Of a stretch of 64,000 nucleotides of DNA, positions 27,308 through 41,080 are shown in pieces (the stretch's first letter is position 1; every line of letters starts with the position of its first letter). The position numbers and the translations under genes are program-made. Under the pieces are notes generated by a model. The model was not told the DNA's origin, made no database searches, and saw only the letters and a list, made by a program, of their open reading frames with translations. Source of the stretch: Tubulanus polymorphus (lineage: Eukaryota > Animalia > Nemertea); NCBI RefSeq assembly GCF_964204645.1, contig NC_134031.1, positions 434,001-498,000 on the forward strand, in the 5' to 3' direction.

Positions 27308-29839
27308 GGTGTAGGGGTAATAATGTCATCATGTATGTAACTACCAAACACATTAACCCCGTGTAGAATGCGTAAAATGTGTAGAGAGGTAACGCGAGTA
27401 TTGATGACGTTCCTCGCGTTTCTGCTTCCAAAAGGTTATTAAGAACAAACGCAAACTTTTGTTTCCCTTCAGTTATAGTTAAGATGATTAAGTTAAAGTT
27501 GAAGCGGTAACATTTCAATGCAGTTGTCACTATGTCAGTTTTCATCCTACACCCACAGATGTAAACCATAATAACCGACATATTTTGAGATAACTAGCCC
27601 TGGAGTGTGAATCAACTATTGGTTGAAAGCGGTAAAAGCTTCAGTCTCGAATGCGAAGAACATATTACGTAATTCAAAACTTAGTTCTGGTTTTTTACTC
27701 AGATTTACGAAGTTAAAGATCTGCATGCTGGGCCCAGTTGCGGAAGAGTATTGGGACGTGGAGTCCAAACACACGGTTTTACACAATCAATCATAAGACA
27801 GGCTAGTTGTTTGATAGGTTACAAACTCGATTACTGTTTGTATAACTGGTCTCTGATTCACATCACATCATAACAGTTCAAGCTGTACGTGTAGAACTTG
27901 ATGGTTTATTCTAAATAAAAATAATCGAAAAAAAACCTCCAATTATTTTCTGAGCGTGTGTCAGACAGACTAAAGCGGTTTACGGGTGAATTATCGAGAG
28001 CGATCAACCACGAAATTACCATCTAATTGAAGCTAGTGAATGTTTACTGGATTAGATATAAACGTATTGCGTTAAAAATACGAGATGTCTCTATCTCGTA
28101 TCAGCTGCTGCTGCTGCTGAACCCTCTCTGTATACAAAACCATCATGAGACAAACGATTTTAGTATTCACCAATAAACCCTAGGGTCTGATGGCGTTTTG
28201 TGATGGACAGGGTTCATCCGAATCCGTATTTTCGTTGTTGTGCTTTATTGTCACACACACAATAGAGGCAATACCATTTCAGTTTCACCGAGACCATTAG
28301 TATCTGATGGCATTTCACCAAGAACCTTTTGGCGTCAGGATGTGGTGGGGTACCCAAGGATCGTAGAGCGACGGAGATCACTGTTGGAACAATTACTTCC
28401 ACCCAGGACTGGATGAAGATGGCGCAGTCGAAGCGTTTACGCCCGAAGCTGCTGCAGGACTGGGTGAATTTGAATATGGATTGGAAGACTTATGCGGACA
28501 ACAATAAGGGGAGTTGCTGTATTTAGAATAGGAGCTAGCTTGTGGGATCAGTTTTACACGTGGTCATGCAACTTTAACCATTGAGGTTTAAACTCAATTC
28601 ATTTCCAAAACCACTTGAATCAACCACAGGATTAGACTGAAATTATACAAACATTCTTCTATATCGACGTAACGTGACGTGTTTATATTTTAAAATAGCT
28701 ACGGTTTTACCAAAGGCGCTATGTGTGAATCATCGAATATATATAACATAATTTGATATCAAAATTACCCCCCCCCCCTCCCCCCATTTTATTGATTTCG
28801 TAAATTTCATGATTCAGTTGGAGAAACATCGCTTTTAGGCTTTTACTGCTTCAAAACAAGGTTTCACGGTAACATCAGCTGATTGTGAGTGTGCAGTTTA
28901 AAATCTACTTTAAATAATTATCAAATATAATAACATGACACACCCCATATAGAACCGCAGTACGCAGGCGCGCCAGTCCGTTGCTTAGTGACAGACTAAA
29001 ACAACCGACGAGGCACCCCTCGAACAGAGACGAAAATTGACTAAAGATAATAGGCGTTAGTCGAAAAATAGCGAATGTTTTGATTTGAAAAATCGATCTA
29101 AACTTACTCATAATGACGGTTATAATTAGTTAGTTGGTAATTTTATTCCACCCTCTGGGAGTAAGGTTTAGGGTGTGTCAGTGCCTTATAGGTTTCTATT
29201 CACTAGTATATACAGAACTAATAAAACCTTATAGATTAATCTGACTAAGCGCGGCGTATGAACACAAGGCCTGTTGCGCAAACCCAGACCAGTCCAACCT
29301 TATTTCGGTTTTCAACAACTTCATTTTTAAGATCTAAGATTTTGCGACGCAATGAACTAACCGATACATAATTCTGATCTAGGGTTTTACTATCGCATAC
29401 TGTCTGACATTAATCTGCCTCGCGCCAGGAGAGAGAGAGAGAGACAGACGACTCGATCGAACAGATGTTTATCTCAAAGATAATGAAAATATTATTATCA
29501 CAATGATTTACGTAAAAAGATCGATATATGAGATATATCGGAAGGTTTACATCCAGCCTGAAACTAACACATCTATATACAATACAAAACAAATCATTTC
29601 TGAAATGCATAGTGAATATAAATTTCTAATTAAAATTTCTCTCATATTTCATGTCAGCAGCTGTACGTGCGTTAATTCACGGCCAATATGACGTCACCAG
29701 AAAAACCAATTCGCATCACGTGTGCGTACGGGTTGTGAATTTTTTAAATAGTATCTTATTGTAACGGAGTGTAACAGCTTGTGGACAACAAATAGTGAAA
29801 CAATCAACAGTAACAACTATATCTGCCTTCTACTACTGG

Positions 29840-29975
29840 AGCTGGTTGCATAGTCAGGGCTTAGACTTAAGACCAGTATAAGACCAACTTAGTTCTGTAG
29901 CCAATCTAACAACTTTAGACCGGTCTTAAGATTTCAGATCAGTTTTGGACTTAAGTCACGACTGTGCAACTGGCC
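29840..29975. mobile_element. Family-B MITE (ttagacttaagaccagt core)
   Basis: Ends gctggttgcatagtc..gactgtgcaactggcc. Related copies near 1110-1200, 7740-7830, 9950-10040, 16555-16820, 30710-30820, 32800-32900, 42065-42160 and 49560-49750. Confidence 0.8.
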
Positions 29976-32900
29976 AACTGGTGCTTATCGATATCAGAGA
30001 CACCGGGAAAGGTTAAATTCTAGTGGCTATGGCAAAATTGAAATACTAAAAAGCGAAAACCTATAATATCTGTCCCGATGTATGAACGATTTCGATGGAA
30101 TCCTTCGGTACTTGTTTGAAAATTTAAAAACGAACTGGTATAAGATCGGTTTAGAGGTGACACGAGGCCGGAGTTAATGACATGGGTTTTTAAAAGTTTA
30201 TACCGGTGATAATGAACCCCGGCTGCATCTGGGAGTTAGAGAGTCCGTGGACTCGGGGGAAACAGACGTGATGCCGCATAATAACAACAACTAAACCGAG
30301 AAATCGAATCACTTAAATAATACGTGACTGGAATCACTGACGGGCCACTCTCCACTCACCACGGACCACTCTCCACTCTCCACTCTCCACTCACCTACTA
30401 GTTACACGCTTCACCAATCAAACATTCATTTATAAATAATACCGTGTGTTAGCTATCCGAATTGTTATAAAGCGTTCGCACAGAATTCCGCGTCTGAGAA
30501 AAGAATAGTCTCAACAACTGAGGAAAAATAATCAGTCGGGATTCAGTTGCGATCAGTTTCTGCTGAATCAATGACTCAGAACTGTGGAACTGGACCCGCA
30601 GATTATGCCAGGTCATAACAAGCGTTTTTCGTTACAACCGTTTATTAGAAAATATGAATCGAAATCTTCTAAGTCAAGATTAGTTCATAACCATCGAACT
30701 GAGTCCTGGGGCCAGTTATTGCACAGTCAGTCTGAGCTTAGTTCTATAGCTTATCTTATAATGATAAAGACCAGGTTTATGATTCGGGAACAATTTTTTT
30801 GACGTAAGTCTCGATTGAGTCGAAGGAGTCCCGAGCTATAATAGGTTAAAATAGGATTATTACGGTTCAAATGAAATTCAGCTTACTGATCTAACTGAAT
30901 ATGGATCATGGCCAGTTTACATGGTTCACTATAACCAATGATAACTAGAGTTAAACCAGTTTCTGCAAAAACCTCAAGAGCGAATCAACGCCTCCATCTT
31001 AAAATAATACCAAAAAACCCGACCCGACTTTCTACATCAGGAGACAGTTATGTTTATGGATAGATAAGTAAATAAACTAACGCTGTTATGAGCGATGATA
31101 ATTTCATTTCTGCATTCTCAGATGTTTCGCTGTTGTTCTCTGTAACTTTTCTTACATAGTTTGAGCCGGTTAACAGTGAGATAAGATACATTTAAACTAA
31201 GTGGTAAACTGCGGTTTAGAAGGCAGAAATAGAATATCCATTCCGCTTTATCTTATAAAAATATTTTAAAATCATTTTTTTTTCACCGTAAACCAATCGG
31301 TTCTTGAATAACAATGCACATTCGCAGTAGTCTATTGATGATGGGATATCTAATTTCACGTACAGCCCGTTGGCTTCAAAACTGGATCATTTGATTGAAG
31401 TATATCGATCATTCATAATCATATTGTATATATTCATGGTGTTTGAGAAATAAATATACTTGTAACTTATCCATAATTTTCACTATAACACACATACGCA
31501 TTTGGATGTTTAATCGAAATCCTCTCGAAAAACAATATTAAACCAAATTTTAATGATTTTGGTCAGGATGAATATTATAAATGCCAGGATTCAGTTCTCC
31601 ACGGCTGTCTTTTGAATTTGATGCACCGGAATGTGAAAATCAGCTAATTGTTTTAATATAAACCACAGCCCTTCTACATCTATGCCTTCAGGTGAACTGC
31701 GGTTGTAATGAAGCTTTTATTTGGAGCCGAAATTTGATTAAAAAAAAACAGGACATCAAACTAAATTTGGAAAGAAAATGTTTTTAATCCAACTCGACAG
31801 TCTTATTTCAGATAGAAATATATGGAAACCGGGTCCTGAATATTTTGGAATTTGATAAGAATGGAAAAGTGAAGGCTACATTGAAAAACTCACCATTTTA
31901 TTGTGTTCTCATGTCATCAGTTTTCACAACGTCTATAGACTCTCGAACGCGCCAACCAGTCAGTCAGCCTGCGCTCCAATATACGCCAACCAGTCAGTCA
32001 GCCTGCGCTCCAATATACATGACTCATATCATCACATGTATTTCTCCTCTATATATTAATAAATCCTCCTCGTTCGTGGTTTCAACAAGCTGCTCTCTAA
32101 TAACTAACTACCCTTCAAACATCGAGTCCCAATCTCTCCCTCTCTCTCTCTCTTCTCCGATCGAGCTTCAAGTCAATAACTCTAGTAATAAGCGAGTGAG
32201 CCACATGTTCTCTCAGTTCCTTCTCTCTCTCAGAGAGCCGCTGCACGTTTATTCCAGTAGAACGGCGCGCGGCGGCCGCCATACGATTCGCATTCTCTCT
32301 ATTTCCAATTGGTGCAAACTGCGCAAATAACCTGTACATTAGAAATTATACATATTGACTATATCGGCTATATACCAGTAATTGTGTGAATGTGAGTAAA
32401 CAATAGAGTGGAAACAAGGAAACTTTAATTGCCTTCACGCAGAGCTGTTGCGAACATGAGTTCATTTATGCATTCAATAACACACTTCGATTTCCGATTT
32501 CAAAATCAAACCCTCTGTTGCGTTCCCGCCGGCAAGTGTGACTGGTGGCCGGGTTGTCTATGCGACAAAAAAACCAAAACCCACTTTTTGATGTTTATAT
32601 TTCAGTTGGATTTCATATTTTCGCCGACTCAGAATTACGTCAAATCATCAACTACGTATTTAACGAGTCCCGAATCGTCAAAATCAACCAGGACCCGCGT
32701 CACTCTCCGTTAGACGTGACTGATTTTATCGGTTGCAGTGTTGTCGGGTTTGGTTCGGAGATATTGATTCATTTTTTCTCATGATCAAATACCGATCAGG
32801 GGCCGGTTCCAAAAGTGGTCTTAAGTTGTTAGATTGTCTATAGAACTAAGTTTGTCTTAGACTGGTCTTAAGTCTAAGTCCTGTCTATGGAACCGGCCCC

Positions 32901-33491
32901 AGGTGCGGTCGATGTGTCCCGCTCCGTCGCCACATGGGTACCACACCCGAAAATACAGAAGGGATGGATGGATGTCCCGCCGGGGCTGGTAAATACTTTT
33001 TTGACGGAGAACTTCCGTCTGACTTTAAGAGCGCTTCTCACTCTCCAGCTGAGAGATGGTTGCATAGATTTGTTTAGTTTGTTGATAATAGTTTGGCCGG
33101 GAATTCGCGGCCCGCGAGTGACTTCGGGTTCGCGAATGACGAACAGAGCACTGTCGCAGTACATTTGGATATTCTCGGAGCTACCCGCTATCGATTGTAT
33201 TTTCCTCAGCCAGGGCACATGTATTTGGTGTTGGCCGGCTGTAGAACATGTGGGCGGACAAAATAATGACAGATCACATGCGGTCACGTGATTAAACATG
33301 TTCAATCTCGCGTACACCGAACCCCAATCTAATCCATATCGTTGAATACCTCCAATTGCTAAGCACCATATTTAATTTATGATCTATTTTCATTTCTTTG
33401 ACAGAGCCACAGCAGGAGGCAATCAGCAATTTAAATTTAGTAAACGATAGGGGCAGCACTTGACGGTCGTCAAGATCTAATGGAGTTAAAT

Positions 33492-34637
33492 ATGGCGGCG
33501 GCATCTGGGAGTCAACAGCAAGCGGCTGGAGTCAGTGCGAGTCAGGCGGGATACAACGGCAGTTTTAATGTCGAAGATGGAAAATGTACGTTAAGCAATA
33601 CGCCAGTCACCACCTCCTCCACCCGGGGCAGCCTTTTGCTCTGTTAACCAGATTTAAATGCTTGCATGCGTTAGTTCGTGCACCGACCAGAACTCTTTCG
33701 TTTCCAACTTTTTTGAAAATTTGTTGAGCAACAACCGGTCCCAGCTCGCTCATCCCTCGATCTCCCTTCTATCTGTAAGTGATATATCTGTTATTTCAGG
33801 TGCTATTCGAGAGATTCTCGATGCATTTAAGATGTCCGATAATGTTGTAAGATTAGACGAAGCGCGAGATAACGCCGGAAATGACATGTTACGTATGATG
33901 CAAATCGTGTTCCCTGTCGCTACTAAAATACAGATGGATGTCATCAGTAAATACGGTTTCACACCGGACGGGGAAGGTATGAAAATATACCCCTCAAACT
34001 TCAACAAGGGGGGTCAAATATTGTCCTTTATACTTCTCCCTAAGGGGCAATCTACAGTTAAACTAAGGGCTGGTTTTATAGACTGTCTTTAGTGCAGGGG
34101 GTTAACGCAATTGAATTTCAATTGAGTTAACCCCAGGTTAAAGTTTAGACTTCAGTCTAAAACTCAGGGTTAAGTTCTACAGTTGTGAATTAAGATTTTA
34201 CTTTGTTAACTCATTGAAAATTAACTAATTTTAACTCAGAGCTAACACTAAATTCATCACTGTAGAACTGGGTCCGGGTACATAGTTGTGATAGTAATTA
34301 TGTATATGACTTATATACATATGATGCTATTTAAAGTTAGTAAATTGAATTGTAAATACAAATTGGGAATCAGGAATAGAAACAACTGAAGTAATGTGAA
34401 GTCTTAACTGAATTTCACAGTTACAATACCTGTTACAGAGTGTATTGATGTTTGCGTTCCTCTCGATTATTTTCAGGTCTCATCCGTTTTGCTCAAGCGA
34501 TAAAAATGTACGAAAAACAGAATGAAGAATTAGCGATTTTAAACGCAGAACTCAGAGCGATATTGATTCCACAGATGGACGTACCTCCGCTATCACTAGG
34601 GGCAACGAGTCCTTCGAAATCACAATCCGCTTCTTAA
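33492..34637 (+). CDS. C12orf57: Protein C10 (C12orf57/GRCC10 homolog). Exons 33492-33585, 33800-33976, 34477-34637
   Basis: NVVRLDEARDNAGNDMLRMMQIVFPVATKIQMDVISKYGFTPDGE|GLIRFA matches the C10 signature (ENAVRMDEARDNACNDMGKMLQFVLPVATQIQ..YGF..DGEG). Confidence 0.95.
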
Positions 34638-35722
34638 TTTACACTCTATTTCTGGGATTAAGTCTTCGTTAGATAAGTCATCACATTACTGAAGTCATCT
34701 CTATTAGGACTTAATTTACTATTGTAAGTCATCATTTGTTTAGGTATCAACTGAATGATTATTATTACTACAATAAACAGAGTTAGACTGTGTTTCAATA
34801 TTTGGTGCTGTGCGTGAAACCGATTAATTGTTCGATCATTGTTTATTTCTAGTGCATTTCTTTTTTTTATACAAAAATTTGTGAAAATAAATTATTTATA
34901 AACTATGTGAAGTTGATTCATCGGTTTAATAACAATTTGAGCGGAATCATCATCTGTTTGTTACTGACTGTACTAACTCGATATTTTAAGCGAGTAAATA
35001 TAATACAAATATTTATTGGAATAAAGAGATATTGACATCATTCGCACAAAAATACATCAAACCATAGAATAGAAATACCGCAATAAAACAGATAGAAACA
35101 TCATATTAACAGAAATTAGGGCTCGCATTACGCGACCTTAAATAAATGCGAACTTTTGAAAAAAATCTTAATCAGTTTGATGAATTAAACACAATTTAAA
35201 ACTGATGTATAAAACTAACCCCTGCACAGAGAACACAAGAACCTTGTTACAACAAATTTCAGGACACCAGAAAAACTGGGGTCAGTTTCTAAAAAGTTGT
35301 TGAAGAATATCTGGCTGATTAATACCATAGAAACGATGAACTTTTAATTGTCACTTCGTCAACTATCCATTGGTTAACTCAAACCAACTTTTGAGCAACT
35401 GGTCCCTGTCCGTTATAACTGATAGTTCATCATATATAGTATGAAATTATCAAATCGTCTTATTTACAGACAAAATTCTAGGTTTGTAATACAATATATC
35501 GTTATATCTGAGATCGTTATTAGAAGGTTCTTCTCTCTGTATCAACCATCAGAATTTTCTCAAATTGCTCCAAAATGTCAGTTTTTGCCGCTTACAAACA
35601 CCACACAATTCACAGTTTACTATTTGAGCTTCAGTCCACTTTGCACATCAGTATTGTACAGTATAAGAGCTGGCGTCCATTTTACACGAGTTGATTAATG
35701 ATCTGGAGAAGCTGTCGCGATT

Positions 35723-38218
35723 CTATTGCGTCGGTAATTGTTCGATTGGAGTGAAAAATTTGAAATCCTCCGGGAACAGTCGATGAGCCTGCGGATACAT
35801 GAGTTTATACGACTGTCTTATCGTCACCTCGGCAACACCAGCTATATCACCTATATCTATAAATATACAATACAACTCACAGTACACAGACTTCGGTCAA
35901 TTAGTTCTCAAGATGAAGACTAGATGTACTGCCCTCCCATTTAACCCCAGGTTTTCTCAATGTACATCTCTACACAAATACATAGTAAAACACCCCCGAT
36001 ATACCGTCACAATCATTCTACACCGACGTGGGCGGTATATCGGGGTTCACAGTACTTTACCTTTTTGTGATTTTTTATCTTGTGAAGCTTGCGATGCCAT
36101 ATAGATGGCAGCAGCGGCAACTGATATCGGGCTTCGTCTGAAATCACAGGAGTTTATCGTTGATTATATGAATAAATATTCAGATTTATTGCGACGTAAC
36201 AATGATTGTAAAACTAACCCGGAAACAAGATCCAAATCAACAGCTTTTCTAGCGATAAATGTTGCACCTTTCTGAACACTGTTCGGTAAACCAAGATTGG
36301 AACAAAATCGAGACTGGAAAATAATAAAACATCATACACTGATAAACAGGTTAATTACATTTAAACACTCTACATGTAGTCTCTCAGGGGACTTTATCAT
36401 CAGTAGTAGAGATGAGACTCTAAGGACTCTATATGAAGCCTTTAAGGACTCTCAATCTATAGTAATCTTTGTAAGACTGACCATGAAGTCGCCTGTCGTA
36501 ATTAATTCCACATTCGTCTCCAATGTTTTCAGGATGTGTTTGAAAACGCGTCCAATTTCTTTTTTTGATACTTTTGAAACGGCACAAATTTCTACAAAAC
36601 AATGAGACAATTAAAGCAGAGAATCCCAGGTGCAGGGGGTTAAGTCTGGGGGTGGACATCCGGGGTGTGGGGGGTTGTGAAGAATGATCGTACCTTTCAA
36701 TGTACGTGGAACTCCCTCTTGTCGACATGCTATATATAAACATGCAGCTGATATTGCGTCATTGCTTCTTCCTTTTAACGCTTTAGTTTCGTGAACCTGT
36801 TTAAAAAGTGTGTCCGCTCGATCCTATAAAATATAATAACCATCAACCAAAATTTGTTCATGATCCACAACAGGTAAAATACAAATTAGCTAGTTACAGT
36901 TGTTCAGTTGTGAACTAGAGTTAACCCTGAACTCAGGATCCAGTTCCACAGTTGTGAACTAGAGTTAACTCTGAACTCAGGATCCAGTTCTACAGTTGTG
37001 GGTTAGAGTTAGACCTGAACTCAGGATCCAGTTGCACAGTTGTGAGTTAGAGTTAACTCTGAACTAAGGATCCAGTTGCACAGTTGTGAGTTAGAGTAAA
37101 CTCTGAACTCAGGATCCAGTTCTACAGTTGTGGGTTAGAGTTAACTCTGAACTCAGGATCCAGTTCCACAGTTGTGAGTTAGAGTTAACTCTGAACCAAA
37201 TCTTAACAAAAAAATCTTTTTAAACACTTACTATGATCATTCTCGGTAGATTTAACCGATCAGCCATTTGAGCGATCTCACGGAATGCACCTAGTAGCGC
37301 CCTCTCTGAACTACTTAACTATAATCAAATACAATACAACAAACATCAATTAAAACTGCCAGCCTCCCCTCATCCTCCCTCACCCCTCGTGAGTGTTGTT
37401 TGTACACAACTTACAGTTCGTCTGTTTTTATACATCTGTGCACCGAAAGCATCGACTTGTGCCGTCTTTTTGTCTTGCATTATCATCGTTGATAGATCAC
37501 CGCCCCCTAGTAGTGGATTCTGAAACCGAAATACAATCATCGATCAATAGGTTCTCCGATCGGAGGAGGAAACATGGAATCTCGGAGGAGAAACAATAAT
37601 TACCTCTGCTGCTCCAACACGAGATGAATCTTTAGTGTCTTTATCATTACTGAATGTTCTCCATTCAGAACCAACATCTATTACTCTGTAACAACGACAT
37701 ACACATCATTAACAACTGACAGTTAGTGGCAGGTTAACTCAAATCCTGACAGTGTCTCTGCATTTTTACAAATTTGTAAATATCCGATCGTGAAACTAAA
37801 CCACAGACAGGTTACTGACTATGCACCTACCTATCGCCAATAACCATTCCACATTCGGAACAGATCATATCACCAGCATGATAATCCTCTACTAGATGTG
37901 CCTCAGGGTGATATATACAACCAACACCAGCTCTACCTGCAGCTCCTCGACTCCTAAACATATTAACAAAAACACAATGTCACCGACCGTCAATAAATCT
38001 GAATTTGTTTGATCAGATCAGACACAGCCGATTGTAAAACTTTTCCATCAATGAAATCGTTAGAATTGACTTGAGAGATTTTCAGGAAGATTGCTGGTAT
38101 ACACAGGGTTAAATACCAGCGTGTGAATTATCAATCAATATGAGATATTACTGTCAATATGTGACTTTTATTGGATTGGAAACAAACAAAATTTATTTAC
38201 TTACCCGGACGCCGCCAT
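35723..38218 (-). CDS. GTF2B: Transcription initiation factor IIB, multi-exon
   Basis: Zn ribbon [24 protein letters not shown]; [14 protein letters not shown]; [15 protein letters not shown]; [16 protein letters not shown]; [18 protein letters not shown]; TAG at 35725-35723. Confidence 0.97.
36905..37196. repeat. 44-bp family-A satellite in a GTF2B intron
   Basis: Same unit as 3672-3963, ~6.5 copies. Confidence 0.92.
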
Positions 38219-38844
38219 TTTGAATAGTCTCCGAAATTTCGCTTGAATTTTGCGAGAACGGTTAGAGAAATCAATGAAAAATTAATTTCACCCAAAGCAA
38301 AGAAATAAGTATCTAAGAAGTAGTTTTACTATGACCAGACAGAGGATTTTTAGAAATTATGAATTAATCGATGTTGAGATTATCCTATCCACTGGGTTTT
38401 CCCCAGAAATTCAACACTTCCGGTTTTATTCTGCAGACTTCCATAAATCGGCGATGTAAAGTTTGGTCGTCAATGTGGCAGATCAAATCTATGCCAGGAA
38501 GATTCCGTACTATAACTCAAACTGAGTATCCATGCTTCACTGAAATATCGGAACACAAAACACTATTTTTTCTACCAAAATTGGCCAAATCAATGACTAA
38601 ATGAATGAGTATCACTTTTTAAAATATTCTTCTATAGAATTATATTAATTATTGGTGTAAAAGACTCAAATACAAGATTTATTGTCCACACGGGTAAACC
38701 GCCGTGTCGGGTAGTTTGGAACAAAAGTTAGACTTTTATTCATAGATACCCTCTGAGGTGTCAGGTTACAGCCGTAGACTTTACATGACAAATCTTCCAG
38801 AAATTAAAATTTAATTTGAGTTTGTTGCTTTTGTTTATAAAGTG
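38219..38844. promoter_or_regulatory. Bidirectional promoter region between GTF2B and ENDOG
   Basis: Head-to-head starts ~630 bp apart. YY1-like GCCGCCATTTT over the GTF2B ATG and ETS-like acttccgg near 38416. Confidence 0.6.
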
Positions 38845-40147
38845 ATGATAATGTCTAGAATACGCAATATATCGATAATAGCGAGTTTAGGTGTTGGAGC
38901 TTGGATCGGTAGAGAATATGAGAAAACTCGATCAAACTCCAACAATACTCCAAACACTCCAATGAACAGCTCCAGCAATCTCATTAACAACAGACAATCT
39001 GAATCGATATTTACCTCAATAATACCCATAGTCAGCGCCGCTAGAAATGTACCCGCTGTTCCTATGGACTACTCGGTCACTCCCTCAGCACCGGCGCCCT
39101 CTAAACTACCGAATAAAAACCTCACTGAAATCACGCGATTCGGTTTCCCGGGATTTGATAATATTCGTAGTCGCGACGATTACGTGATTTCGTACGATCG
39201 CAGAAACAGAATCCCGCGTTGGGTCCTCGAACATCTGAACCCGCAGAAAATACAAAATCAAAACTCGTCGGTCGTCGATCGCGAGAAAAGTGAATTTAAA
39301 GAAGATCAGACGATATTACCGATGTTTAGATCGAGTAATAGCGATTATAGACGTAGTGGTTATGATCGAGGTCACATGGCTGCTGCGGGGAATCATAGAA
39401 TCAATCAACACAGCTGTGATGAAACATTCATTCTCAGTAACATCGCACCTCAGGTAAAACTACTGAACCCTCACGAGGGCTAGTTAATACCCTGGGCCCA
39501 GTTCCACAGGTCTGAGTTAAGATTTGACTCTGGGTTAAAACATTGAAAATGAACTAACTTTAACTCGGAGTTAACTCTAACTCTCAACTGTGGAACTGGA
39601 TCCTAATCATTTGTGGCAAGCTTTTCTCATCGCATCGTCCTGTTTCCTGTTTACAGGTTGGTAATGGTTTTAATCGTCATGCTTGGAATGATTTAGAACG
39701 ATACGTTCGACATTTAACTCGTCAAAATAAAAATATCTATATCTGCACCGGACCGCTGTTTCTACCGAGGTAAGAAACCCACTCATTCCTGCCCCACCTG
39801 AAGGAAACATTCTCTGTTTCATGTTTCATAGATATTCCTCTCTATCTGTTTCATGTTTCAGGAGAGAAAAAGACGGAAAAGTTTACGTCAAATACGAAGT
39901 GATCGGACAAAATAACGTTGCCGTGCCGACGCATTTCTTTAAAGTAATCGTCATGGAAACTAACAGTGGAACGTATAGCATTTCATCGTTCGTTTTACCG
40001 AATGAAGTTTTACCGGAAAAAGTGAATTTATTAAATTATTTAGTTCCATTAGATTCTATAGAGAGAGCGGCTGGATTGGTCTTCTTCGATAAGTTACCTA
40101 AAAATATATTCACGAATATTAATGGACAACGGAATAATCAGTCTTAA
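38845..40147 (+). CDS. ENDOG: Mitochondrial endonuclease G. Exons ~38845/38851-39453, 39657-39769, 39862-40147
   Basis: FGFPG, YVISYDRRNRIPRWVLEHL, catalytic YDRGHMAAAGNH, ETFILSNIAPQ|VGNGFNRHAWNDLE, CTGPLFLP, VAVPTHFFKV, IERAAGLVFF. Confidence 0.97.
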
Positions 40148-40156
40148 TTCGGAAAT

Positions 40157-40380
40157 ACTGATTGGATAATCTGGGAGGAGCTACACTACGCTCTGATTGG
40201 ATGAAATCAGAGGAGCTGCGTGCTGATTGGATGAAATCAGAGGAGCTGCGTGCTGATTGGATAATCTGGGAGAGGCTACTCTCTGATAGGATGAAATCAG
40301 AGGAGCTGCGTGCTGATTGGATGAAATCAGAGAAGCTGCGTGCTGATTGGATGAAATCAGAGGAGCTGCGTGCTGATTGG
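40157..40380. repeat. 30-bp minisatellite just after the ENDOG stop
   Basis: (ctgattggatgaaatcagaggagctgcgtg)n, ~7.5 copies. Confidence 0.92.
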
Positions 40381-40766
40381 AAAGAACTTATAAAACAGAA
40401 TAAACGGTTTGTTTAACAAGCCTCAATTTCGGCTGAACTTGAGATTTATTTATCGGATAAATAAATTAACAGAATCAGATTATACTGCGTTCCGCATTTA
40501 CGGAATAAAGAAAGACTAAATCAAAGCAGTTTTCAGTTGCTAGTTATTGTAAACAGCACGCGTAGCTATTTTGTACATGTATTTTGCTCGCAAAAAAAGA
40601 AATAAAGCATTATTTTTACTTGAATTTTACAAATGAAGAATTATTTACCTTAACTTTTATAAGGAATTTTCGCTCAAATTTTGAATTGCACCTTTTTACA
40701 TAGATATGACATAAATAACGTAGAAACGATTAGAATTTGTAAATAAAATGATAATGATTAATATGC

Positions 40767-41080
40767 TCTGTATTGCGTCGAGATACAGCCCTGTATGTAT
40801 AAACATACACTCTGTATTGCGTCGAGATACAGCCCTGTATGCGTAAACATACACTCTGTATTGCATCGAGATACAGCCCTGTATGTATAAACATACACTC
40901 TGTATTGCGTCGAGATACAGCCCTGTATGCGTACACATACACTCTGTATTGCGTCGAGATACAGCCCTGTATGCGTAAACATACACTCCGTATTGCGTCG
41001 AGATACAGCCCTGTATACGTAAACATACACTCTGTATTGCGTCGAGATACAGCCCTGTATGCGTAAACATACACTCTGTA
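40767..41080. repeat. 42-bp minisatellite
   Basis: (ctctgtattgcgtcgagatacagccctgtatgcgtaaacataca-type)n, ~7.5 copies. Confidence 0.93.

Noticed and set aside
26761-27581. Leu/Ser/Pro-rich and Arg/Glu-rich ORFs
   Set aside because: Artefacts of the GA microsatellite.
32874-33317. Overlapping 134-aa and 147-aa ORFs upstream of C12orf57
   Set aside because: No recognisable homology; they overlap a MITE end and GC-richer promoter DNA.
33300-33490. U7 snRNA beside C12orf57, as in vertebrates
   Set aside because: I saw no U7-type Sm site (AATTTGTCTAG) with a 3' hairpin.
37285-37520. CTCF-like motifs
   Set aside because: They lie within GTF2B coding exons and are explained by codons.
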